Positions 53,303 to 64,000 of a stretch of 64,000 nucleotides of DNA are shown here, piece by piece. Both the position numbers and the translations under genes were made by a program. Under the pieces are notes generated by a model that ran no database searches, was not told where the DNA came from, and worked only from the letters and a program-made list of their open reading frames with translations. Positions within the stretch are counted from its first letter, which is position 1; every line of letters begins with the position of its first letter. The stretch lies in the NCBI RefSeq assembly GCF_006345805.1, contig NC_043015.1:52080001-52144000 (forward strand), in the 5' to 3' direction. This DNA comes from Octopus sinensis. Its lineage: Eukaryota.

Positions 53303-53747
53303 GAATGATTTTTTATATGGCGCCGTTTTTACAATCCTGTAAATAATAATAATGGAAAATTTATGTATGCTTAAAGCTTATAGCAATCACGAAGGAAAAT
53401 AGTCTAATAAAGGCCATAAAAAAAGGAGACTTTCTTATCCGCGTTGGAATCGAACCTCCATCCCTTTGTTAACGCGACTAAGTGTGTTACCATTATACCA
53501 GCGAATTCTTTTCCTGTCAAGCCGTTATTATTATTTACAAGATTATAAAAACGGTGCCGTATAAAACAAAAAAGAGCATTAAGGTAAAGGTAACACACTT
53601 AGTCGTGTTAACAAAGGGATGTGTGTTCGACTCCCACGCGGATAGGAAAGCCTTCTTTTTTCTATCGAGGGCTTATATGCCCCTTTATTAGACTATTTTC
53701 CTTCGTCATTGCACGGTGATCGCCATAAGCTTTCAGCTTACATAAAT
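53303..53747. other. Inverted pair of tRNA-like units in circularly permuted order
   Basis: Arm 53359-53500 is the reverse complement of 53583-53747; 53303-53355 is the reverse complement of the spacer 53522-53580; B-boxes ggttcgattcc (minus, 53446-53456) and gttcgactcc (plus, 53625-53634). Confidence 0.8.
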
Positions 53748-53752
53748 ATAAC

Positions 53753-53797
<45 letters not shown>

Positions 53798-54159
53798 CAT
53801 ATAAGTGTGTGAGTTTGTAGGTTAGAGTGGAAAGGTACATCCGTTCTTCAATCAGGTTTCCTCTCTTCCTGTTTCTATTTTATTTGGATAAAGTGTTCAC
53901 TTGCTGTCTCCTTTTCCTGTTATTTATTTTTATCATTAGAATAATTCACTCTGCATAGCATTTTACGTAATTTTGTGTGTGTGTTTACATTTTACTCCGC
54001 CATCTTTTGAATGTTTGACTGCTATTTGTAAACACATGTCATTCCTAACTCCCTTCGTTCCATCTGTACTATTTTACAGATACATTCATGCATACAAACT
54101 CAGACACACATACATATATGTATACTATATATAAACACAAGTATAAAAAGAGAGAATGC

Positions 54160-54161
54160 AC

Positions 54162-54237
<76 letters not shown>

Positions 54238-54346
54238 CAGATAGATAGATAGATAGACAGATAGATAGATAGATAGACAGACAGATAGATAGATAGATTG
54301 ATTGATTGATAAATAGATTCATAGATAGATAGATAAATAGATAATC

Positions 54347-54431
<85 letters not shown>

Positions 54432-54432
54432 T
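54160..54432. repeat. (GATA)n/(GA)n microsatellite
   Basis: Direct reading. Confidence 0.95.
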
Positions 54433-54682
54433 AAGTTTCTTTATTGGCCACACAGGGCTGCACACAGATGGGACAAGTTACAAGGTAGAGCTTTTCTTTT
54501 GGGGGATGAAGAGAACAAAAAACAAAAGAAAAAAAAGGGGTGGCGTAGGTTTTCGATCAAGAGGGATCGTAAAAGGGAAGAAAAGAACAAAAACAAAAAA
54601 AAATTGAATAAAATAATAAGAATAAAAAGAAAAAAACAGAAAAGGAAAAGGAACAAAAGGAAAGAGAAATGAAAAAAGAAGA

Positions 54683-54739
<57 letters not shown>

Positions 54740-54793
54740 CAGACAGATGGATAGACAGTTGTAGATTTAGATACATATAAACAAATATGTGTG

Positions 54794-54829
<36 letters not shown>

Positions 54830-54929
54830 ATATATGTAAATGTATATAGATATTTAGATCTTATGCCTAGAATGTTGGATGATTGCGAAAATAATGACGA
54901 GTAAGCACCTTCGGTGAATATATGTAGTT

Positions 54930-55232
54930 AGGGCAAAGGGTAAAGATCCCTTTCGATCATGAATACCACGGGATTGCACATTGGAAGTTCATCTCCGAGG
55001 CGCAAGTCTGGGCAAGGTTGTTTGTGGAAGACCACCAGTCTCCCAGGCATACAGGGTTCCCCCTTTCCATGCCACCGATGTTATCCCAGGGAGAGGCAAA
55101 GGGGCCGATACAGCTTGTGAACTGGAACAACTTGAAATAAAGTGTTTTGCTCAAGAAGACAGCACACAGACCGGTCTGGGAATCGAACTCTTTACTTCAT
55201 GATTGTGAGCCCGATGCTCCAACATTGAAACA
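54930..55232 (-). mobile_element. SINE with family-C-type head/CORE and an unrelated tail
   Basis: gggaatcgaactc B-box and gaaataaagtgttttgctcaag shared with 22990-23050; tail (ggcaaaggggccgatacagc..gggtaaagatccc) not shared. Confidence 0.7.
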
Positions 55233-55278
55233 TACACCTCCACTAGTTGTGTGTGTGTATTATATATACATACATATA

Positions 55279-55335
<57 letters not shown>

Positions 55336-55637
55336 GATAATATATATGTAAAAATATTTTTTTCAGAATGAGTTAAAAACCAATGCTGTGAAGATTTTAG
55401 AACATTTATAATTTTAGAATAATTATAAATGTTGTGAAATCTCACAACATTGTTTATTTTTTATCTCATTGTGAAAATAAATTATATATACACATACTGA
55501 TATATGACCTACGTTGGACTCCATATTCGCATAATCACCGAACCTGGTGCTTAACTATGGTTTATCCATAGCTCTTACTCTGTATTACCTGACACCTTTG
55601 GGTCTTGATGACATCATAACCTCTCATAACCTATATA

Positions 55638-55673
<36 letters not shown>

Positions 55674-55704
55674 TGTATGTATGTATGTATGTATGTATGT
55701 ATGT

Positions 55705-56090
55705 GGAGGCGCAATGGCCCAGTGGTTAGGGCAGCGGACACGCGGTCATAGGATCGCGGTTTCGATTCCCAGACCGGGCGTTGTGAGTGTTTATTGAGCG
55801 AAAACACCTAAAAGTTCCACGAGGCTCCGGCAGGGGATGGTGGTGATCCCTGCTGTACTCTTTCACCACAACTTTCTCTCACTCTTACTTTCTGTTTCTG
55901 TTGTACCTGTATTTCAAAGGGCCGGCCTTGTCACTCTCTGTGTCACGCTGAATATCCCCGAGAACTACGTTAAGGGTACACGTGTCTGTGGAGTGCTCAG
56001 CCACTTACACGTTAATTTCACGAGCAGGCTGTTCTGTTGATTCGGATCAACCGGAACCCTCGTCGTTGTAACCGACGGAGAGTGCTTCCA
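55705..56090 (+). mobile_element. Full-length SINE family C (OR2-like) inserted in (ATGT)n
   Basis: A-box TGGCCCAGTGG 55715-55725, B-box ggtttcgattcc 55758-55769, tail ending accgacggagagtgcttcca; (ATGT)n on both sides. Confidence 0.9.
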
Positions 56091-58085
56091 TGTATGTATG
56101 CATGTATGTATGTGTGTATTTTCTGTATGCGTATGTGTGAGTATATGTATGTTTTTTGTGCGTGTTGTGCATCTGTGTATGTATGTATATGTGTAGGATT
56201 GTATATCCTTTGTGTTAAGTGTATACGTTTTTTCTATCACTTGTATGTTGATAGCATTTTCACCTTCATATATTCGTTTTGTGTTCTTTTTTTTTTATTG
56301 TTTCCCCTACCCCGGGCTAGATTTTTGAGTAAAGTAATTATCTTGAATTACACCGGCCGGTCTTGTCTAATCGATGTTTTTTCCCAATTAAGTTCTCTTT
56401 GGGTTTTTTTCTCTACATGTGTGTATATTTGCACTTTAATATTGTAACTTGTTTCAAACATAGTCTAGCCTATCACTTTTTAGTTTCGTGTAATACATAT
56501 ATATATGCATATATTTTTTCGTTTTTTTCTTTCGTTTTTCAATATGAATATGTATATGTATAACTCTCTAAGGTTTTTTCTACTAGTCCACCTGTTACGT
56601 TATATTCTACTATACACATGTGGCCCTGTTTATTATACTTTGTCTCGATCTGTTACCATTTTTCAAAACATACCCGTTAGCTTTTCATTCTTATTTTTAT
56701 GTTATAGTTTTAATGCACATATAAACGTGCATACGCATTGATGTCTGTCTTCCCCCCCCCCTTTCCTCTCTCTTACTGTTATTATTGCTTGTTATTTTCC
56801 CCTTTTAAAACTTGCTTGCAAATATGCAATTTTTTCCACTTTTGTATTCCCCAATTGTATTCTCCCTTATTGTATCTTATTTTAATTTAGTTTATTTCAT
56901 TAAACCTTTTTTGATGTCCTCACAAAAATTCTTCATACTGATGAAAACGACAATTCATAAATTTAATTATAATTACAATGGTTATAATTTTTTTCTTACA
57001 TATTTGTATTGTCCTTTGAAACGAGCGTATGTATCCTATTTTGTAATAAATCTAATATTGATTCAACATCTTTTTCTCCTACATTTTTCTATATTTGTTT
57101 ATGATATTTTTTATACCAATAACAATATTTTTCAACTACTATTTTCATATTCTCATTACTTGTTTTGGCTGGGTTTTTTTATGAATATGATGAATCTTTA
57201 TTAGAAATCATTTTTTCTGTTTTTTTGGGCCTCTCAAAAAGTTAGAATTTTTCTCTTTTCAACTTATTTTCCCCAATATATATATATATAAGAGGTGTTT
57301 ATACCTTTACACCTGTGACTACGTTTCGTGTTGTTGAAAATCCATAGATATATTCAGTAGTAACTTGTAGAAAACTGTTTATCAACTCCACCCAGGTCAA
57401 CATACTTTGTACGCACACCTCCGCCTGGCAAGTCATCATTATTTTGCCTCGCTCCAACATCCGGTACTAAACACTTTAATGAATGATTTAACCTTAGAAA
57501 TGTAACCTTCTTGGTTTACTCCTGCTATTCCTCACCTTCTAAGATTTCATGTAGACATCGACCTTTAGAAATTCTTTGTGCTATATCGAGTTGATGATTA
57601 AATATATTCTGTTGCCCTATGGAGTGAAAAAGGCAATGAGAGAAAGCCACGTCTGTATATGAACTTAAAACAGAGAAGGAGCGTATCAAATTATGTTAGT
57701 CATATATGTTCTGGCCGTGTACTCAACCTACTTGTGTCGTTTACTAACGTATACACTCCCTATCCGAAGGCAAGGATGTATGTGCGTTCATGCATATGTT
57801 TGAATGTGAGATTGCGTATGTATATGTGAATCTCTGAGCACCACCAAGTACACCTGACTGTATATAATTGTGTACATAATTGCACGTGCATGTACTTATG
57901 CATGTATATATGCTTGCATGTATGCACGTATATACATATATATATATATGTGTGTGTGTGTGTGAGTATATGCAAGTATGCATTTGTAATTGCATAGTTA
58001 TGTGGTTAGGCACGCCCACAGGTACAATCGTACATTATGGGTCTATGTTTATATATATATGTATATGTACACACATATATGTATG

Positions 58086-58118
<33 letters not shown>

Positions 58119-58136
58119 TATATGTATATGTATGTT

Positions 58137-58169
<33 letters not shown>

Positions 58170-58579
58170 TTATATATATATATTATATATATATAATATA
58201 TATATATATATAATATATATATATAGTTACATATACACATGTATGTATGCATGACTGTATGAATGGTCGGATGATGGATGGAATGGATGTCTGATGTGTG
58301 TCTGTTTCTGCATATATATATATATGTGTGCGTGTGTGAGTGGAAGTATATGTATGCGTGTGCACGTCCGTATATATATATAAGCTGTCATTTCAGATGA
58401 AACTTTCATGTAACATTTACTAAACATTTAACAAGCAGCGCTCTTATATAAACAACCAGAGAAAGTTGTTTGGGTACACAGGTCTGTTGTTCGTCCATTA
58501 TTCTCAATGTAAATACACACATACAAATGTACATTCATAGATACATACATATATACATACATAGAAACATAAATATATA

Positions 58580-58618
<39 letters not shown>

Positions 58619-58663
58619 GTGTGTGTGTTGTGTCTGTGTCTGTGTGCACAAATATATATTTAC

Positions 58664-58716
<53 letters not shown>

Positions 58717-58724
58717 ATATATAT

Positions 58725-59135
58725 ACGTATTTGCTTATCAACTACATGGTTCTGGGTTCATTCCCACTGGCGTGGCAATTTGAACAATTGTCTTCTACGA
58801 TAGCCTCGGGTCGACCAAAGCCTTGTGAATGGATTTGGGACACGGAAACTGAAAGAAGCCCGTCGTATATATGTATATATATGTGTATGTGTTTGTGTGT
58901 GTGCGAGTGCGTGTATGTGTGTACTTGTCCCCCCACCCTCCAACATCGTTTGGTATGCAATGCTGGTGTATTTAAGTCCACGTAAATTAGCGGTTCAGCA
59001 AAAACTTACCGATAGAATATTACTAGGCTTACAAAGAATAAGTCCTTGGGGTTGATTTGGTTGACTAAAAGATGGTGCTCCAGCATAGCCGCAGCCAAAT
59101 GACTGAAACAAGTGAAAGAATAAAAGAATAATAGA
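58725..59135 (+). mobile_element. SINE family A
   Basis: acatggttctgggttcattcccactg..gaaactgaaagaagcccgtcgtata..ggtgctccagcatagccgcagccaaatgactgaaacaagtgaaagaataaaag. Confidence 0.9.
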
Positions 59136-59153
59136 ATATATATATATATGAAC

Positions 59154-59189
<36 letters not shown>

Positions 59190-59225
59190 CTGTCTGTCTG
59201 TGTGTGTGTGTGTCTATGTGTGTGT

Positions 59226-59271
<46 letters not shown>

Positions 59272-59504
59272 TGTGTGTGTGTATACATATAGATGCCTAT
59301 GCAAAAATATAAATAAGTGTGTGTATATGTTTAGAAATGCATACGTGTTCGTTTTTGTATTTCTGGCACTGATCACTTAAGCATAGGAGAGCAAAATTTA
59401 TGACGCCTTACTCTCGAATATATTCGAATGGTTACACATTCTAATATATATATATATAAACATATATACATGCACGCACACGCGCACACACACTCACAAA
59501 CAGA

Positions 59505-59596
<92 letters not shown>

Positions 59597-59611
59597 TGTA
59601 TGTACGGCAAG

Positions 59612-59985
59612 CTAGCACAAATGCTTAGCAGTATTTCGTCTGCCGTTACGTTCTGAGTTCAAATTCCGCCAAGGTCGACTTTGCCTTTCATCCTTTCAGG
59701 GTCGATAAATTAAGTACCAGTTACGCACTAGGGTCGATATAATCGACTTAATCCGTTTCTCCGTCCGTGTTTGTCCTCTCTATGTTTTGCCCCTTGTGGG
59801 TAGTAAAGAAATATGGTATTTCGTGTGTCTTTATATTCTTAGTTCAAATTCCGCTGAAGTCGACTTTGCCTTTCATCTATTCGGAGAAGATAAATTAAAT
59901 ACCAGTTGCGTACTGAGGTCGGTCTAATCGACTGGCTCCCTCCCAAAATTTCGGGCCTTGTGCTTAGTGTAGAAAAGAATATACA
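59612..59985 (+). mobile_element. SINE family B, dimeric form
   Basis: Unit 1, long tail ..ccccttgtgggtagtaaagaaata, unit 2, short tail ggccttgtgcttagtgtagaaaagaata. Confidence 0.9.
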
Positions 59986-59993
59986 TATATATA

Positions 59994-60042
<49 letters not shown>

Positions 60043-60794
60043 GTATGTATTGAGCATATGCCAGTATATGTGTTTGTCATGTCTCTGAATAAAATGCAGT
60101 TTTAAATGTTTCTTCATATTTAAGTAACTCGATATATACTTTCATGCCCGCACATTGAACCTTTTGCGTGTATATATGTTATTGTGTCTGTGCGTTGGTG
60201 TGTGTATGTTTGTGTTTGTGTGTGTGTATCTTGGGTGTGATGTACGGTGATCGTACATGCGTGTTTGAATTTCAGGTTTCATGTTTGCTTATGCGTATGG
60301 AAATGTCTGGATGTGAATATATATATATGTATATATAATGTTTGTGGTTTCGTTGTTTAAATTGAGAATGTATGTGATTTATATTTTGTTATAAGTTAGT
60401 ATTCAGTTTTTATGTCAATGTGTGTTTAGATCTCTTTTTTTTTGTGGGGGTTGTCCGTTCGTTTTTTGTTTGTTTTTCTGGTCTCCGCCAAAATGTGTAT
60501 TTTTCAATGCAAAACAAGGAAACGCCTTAACGGAACGATCGCTGTGAAACTCTACAAAATGAAGTTTGCTGCAGAACAAGAAGCAGGTGCTATATTTTAG
60601 TAAACATATCTACAACCTCACCATCAACAGTAATATAACCAGTACAACCACGACTACCACCAATAACAAAAACAAGAACATCAACAAGCTTGAAACTTAC
60701 AGTTCTTAAGTAATTGGTGTCGAAACTATGTAAGCATATGTCCAAAATGGCGGATTGAAAATTTTTCGGCTTTTTAAAATGTCCTTATATTATT

Positions 60795-60872
60795 AGGTAC
60801 CAGTGTAACACTGGGGTCGATGAAATCCATTAGTCACCTCCCCGCGAAATTTCAGGCCTTGTGCCTGAAAGG
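60795..60872 (+). mobile_element. SINE family B, tail fragment
   Basis: ggtaccagtgtaacactggggtcgatg..gaaatttcaggccttgtgcctgaaagg. Confidence 0.75.
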
Positions 60873-60886
60873 ATTATTATTATTAA

Positions 60887-60956
<70 letters not shown>

Positions 60957-60957
60957 T
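60873..60957. repeat. (TTA)n microsatellite at the LINE 3' end
   Basis: Direct reading. Confidence 0.95.
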
Positions 60958-61860
60958 GAGCTTATTTTGCTGGATATGATGGAAAGTATCAGCTGTCCAC
61001 GGCTAGTACACAAAGGTGACACTTAACTTCAAGAACCCTGCGAAATTCAAGGTGACACTTCTTAACTTCAAGAGCCCTACGAAGAGTTCTTGCTGTTCCA
61101 ATCAACGTTGATTTTTGTAGGTGTTCTACCTTCACACTCGCACCTATCTTTTTTGAGCCATGTTGGTAACTGATTGTTGATACTCCCAATTGCGCCAATT
61201 ACTATTGGTACCACGTCTACTCTCCCCATTGACCATAACCTTCGTATTTCCCACTTCAAATCCTCATAGTTGTTCAGTTTTTCTTCTTATTTCTCTATGA
61301 TCTTTTTGTCATTGGGACATACTATGTCGATTATCATAAATGTTCTTTCTTTTTTTCACCACGACAACGTCCGGTTTTCGATGTCTGCTCAGATAATCAC
61401 ACTGAATCAGTGCATCCCACAGGATTTTGCAATTCTCATTCCCGGTGACTCCTGGGGTTTGCTTCTACCACTTTTTACTCTTTGTAGGCCGTAATTTCAA
61501 CAGAGCTCCAAATTAATGGATCATTCTTACCACATTGTTACGGCGTCTTTTGTATTCATGATGTGCCAGTTTCGAGTATTGGCTAACCATGTGCCATACC
61601 GTTTCATCCCTCTCACTACACATTCTGCATTTGTGCCTGTCGGTTGTGTTGTTGATACTACACACCGCGTAGTTAGTCCTAGACGCTTGTTCTTGAGTTG
61701 CTCATATACGTGCTTCTGTCTCTATCTTCAGGCTACTCCTCCTCATCCATAGTTACAGCACTCCTGTATCTGACTTGGAGTTCGTATCTCTTTGAAACTG
61801 ACCGTACGTTTTATTCTTTTTCCATGCTGTTTCTTTTGTCTTTTTGTGTTCTTTTCATTT
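60958..61860 (-). pseudogene. R4/Dong-clade LINE 3' fragment (CCHC remnant plus restriction-like endonuclease)
   Basis: Translation ..ETVWHMVSQYSKLAHHEYKRRRNNV..CKILWDALIQCD..RKPDVVVVKK..IIDIVCPND..YEDLKWEIRRLW..VVPIVIGAIG..LQKSTLIGTARTLRRAL; PD..D..K RLE pattern. Confidence 0.85.
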
Positions 61861-61868
61861 ATATATAC

Positions 61869-62119
61869 AGACTCGTGTACCCTTAACGTAGTTAACGGGG
61901 AGATACAGATTGTGGCAAGGCTGTGTCTCCTTGTCAGAAAACAAGAAGAAAGAAAGTTCTGGTGAAAGAATACAGTAAGGTTCGCCACCACACCCTGCAG
62001 GAGCCTCGTGGAGATTTAGGTGTTTACTCTCAACAAACACTCACAACGCCCGTTCTAGGAATCGAAACTGCGAACCTCCCACCGCGAGTCCGCTGCCCTA
62101 ACCACTGGGCCATTGTGGC

Positions 62120-62123
<4 letters not shown>
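61869..62123 (-). mobile_element. SINE family C (OR2-like), tail truncated
   Basis: Reverse complement of the 55705-55985 region: ccgcgagtccgctgccctaaccactgggccattg. Confidence 0.9.
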
Positions 62124-62165
<42 letters not shown>

Positions 62166-62309
62166 TACACACACACGCATTTATATAAACTACTTTAACA
62201 AGGAAAAGTTTGACGACTCTAAACCGAAACTTCGATAGCTCTGTAAAGATTTCCCTTCTGAAGGATAATAGATAAATAAATATATATATATAACAGTACC
62301 CTTTCTTCG

Positions 62310-63445
62310 GAAACTCAAATACTAAGTGGTGTCTCCCAGGGAACTGTTCTGGGGCCATTACTGTTCCTAAAAGCCCTCTTAGACATGCACACAGTCACAC
62401 GAGGAGCCACTGTCAATTGCTGTGCCGATGATACAAAATTATCAAAGGTAATAAATGGCCAAGATGTTGTCAGAAGCTTACAGCAGGATCAAAATTCAAT
62501 ACACAAATGGGCCGAAATAAAACAACATGCAGTTTTATGCTGGAAAATTTCAAGCACTACACTATCAACTTACGAATACAGTACAATCATCATATACAAG
62601 ACCGGAAGGCACTGCAATCCCTGAGTCACAGGTAGGGAAAAACTTGGGGATCAGTATGTGCAATGACTCATCATTTTATATGCACATTAGCAAGATGGCA
62701 GCAAAGTGCAAACAACTCGCAGGATAGATACTGAGGTCATTCAAGACAAGAGACTCAGAAACTATTTTGGATCTGTGGAGAATCTTTGTCCTCAGCTGCC
62801 TGGACTACTGTTCCCAGTTATGATCCCCACATAGTGCCAAACTAACAGCGGAGATTGAAGCAGTCCAATGACACTATACTGAAGATATTGAAACAGTGCA
62901 GCAGATGAGCTATAGGGTAGGCTGAGAAAACTACAGCTTTGCTCCCTGGAGCGAAGACGTGAGAGATGTGCAATAACATACATATTGAAGGCTAGTCCTA
63001 GAAGGGCTAGTACCTAGCTTCAGTATTGAGTGTTATGGAAATGACAGAACTGGCGGCCATTGTGTTGTAGCAAAGGTACGATCAACATCTAAATTCAGGA
63101 CCAGGTACTGCAAAAGTCTAGGGTTCAAAGGCCCACAGCTCTTCAATGCCCTACCACAAAAATTGAGAAATTTGGCTGAGGTGGAAGTAGATGTCTTCAA
63201 AAAGGAACTAGACATCATCCTCTTCACAATACCGGATGAACCAAAAGCCCGACATGAGGTACAGACGTGGGCAGCGGACTCAAACTCCCTTACACGTGAA
63301 ATATACCAAGAGCCGGGACAAAGCCACATACAGGAGTAGTGGTGTGAAACACCCAGACTACGGAAGTCAGAAAGACCATGTTGGTGCTCCAGCATGACCA
63401 CAGGCGCTTGGCTGAAAAGAGTGAATGAGTAAAAGAATAAAAGAG
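62310..63445 (+). pseudogene. CR1/L2-like LINE 3' fragment (RT C-terminal half plus 3' UTR)
   Basis: ILSGVSQGTVLGPLLFL..CCADDTKL (YADD box mutated)..LDYCSQL..SLERRRE..GFKGPQLFNALP..IPDEP; stops and frameshifts. Confidence 0.9.
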
Positions 63446-63449
63446 ATAT

Positions 63450-63526
63450 GCATGTTTATATATGTGTATGTGTATGTATATATATATGTATGCATATATA
63501 CATATATATATATGCATATATGTATG

Positions 63527-63561
<35 letters not shown>

Positions 63562-63667
63562 ATATATATATATAATATATATGCATGTATGTATATATGT
63601 ATGTGTATATAAATATGTATATATATATACATACATACATATATATATACATATACATATATATATA

Positions 63668-63708
<41 letters not shown>

Positions 63709-63787
63709 TGTGCGTCTGTATGTGTGCTTATATCTTTGCCTATTTACATATATGTTGCATGACCATATACGCGTGTGAGTGTGTGTG

Positions 63788-63832
<45 letters not shown>
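63450..63832. repeat. (TA)n/(TG)n microsatellite
   Basis: Direct reading. Confidence 0.9.
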
Positions 63833-63837
<5 letters not shown>

Positions 63838-64000
63838 CCACTGTTGTTGCGAACCAGCGTATTTCTCGGTCAGAAATGCTACGCTGAAATGTCGCATATT
63901 CAATGTATTGACCCAAATCTGAAAGTGTGTGGGCGGGAAAAAAAACCCTTCTTCTTTTCTATGTACTTTTGACTTTGACATTTTCAATGATAACAATATG

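Noticed and set aside
53390-53720. Hammerhead core within the inverted tRNA-like element (ctaataa..gggc-atataa-gccc..gata)
   Set aside because: Both arms have CTAATAA rather than CTGANGA and there is no GAAA-NUH arrangement
55705-55780. Functional tRNA gene
   Set aside because: The tRNA-like head continues into a repeated SINE body seen in several copies and lacks a closed acceptor stem and terminator

Overview
Eukaryotic, AT-rich, repeat-saturated window. The SINE and LINE complement resembles octopus/cephalopod genomes; this is an inference from recalled family motifs, not from a search. No host protein-coding gene, rRNA, functional tRNA or CRISPR array can be supported. Almost all ORFs in the supplied track are translations of microsatellites. 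What can be supported: (i) dense di-, tri- and tetranucleotide microsatellites; (ii) many copies of three tRNA-derived SINE families, called A, B and C here; (iii) decayed DNA transposons: two Tc1-type transposase relics (one with long IR/DR termini and TA flanks), a mariner relic, two mariner deletion derivatives and a MITE; (iv) LINE relics: two CR1/L2-like and one R4/Dong-like; (v) several short Penelope-like/retrozyme-like repeats carrying hammerhead-ribozyme-like motifs. Most interesting leads: hammerhead-like motifs, one of them inside a tRNA-headed element (28.5-28.8 kb); an inverted, circularly permuted pair of tRNA-like units (53.3-53.75 kb); a 39-bp patch copied from a neighbouring mariner into a Tc1 deletion junction (15.6 kb); and a LINE that appears to share its 3' tail with SINE family A (63.4 kb). 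SINE and microsatellite boundaries are approximate.
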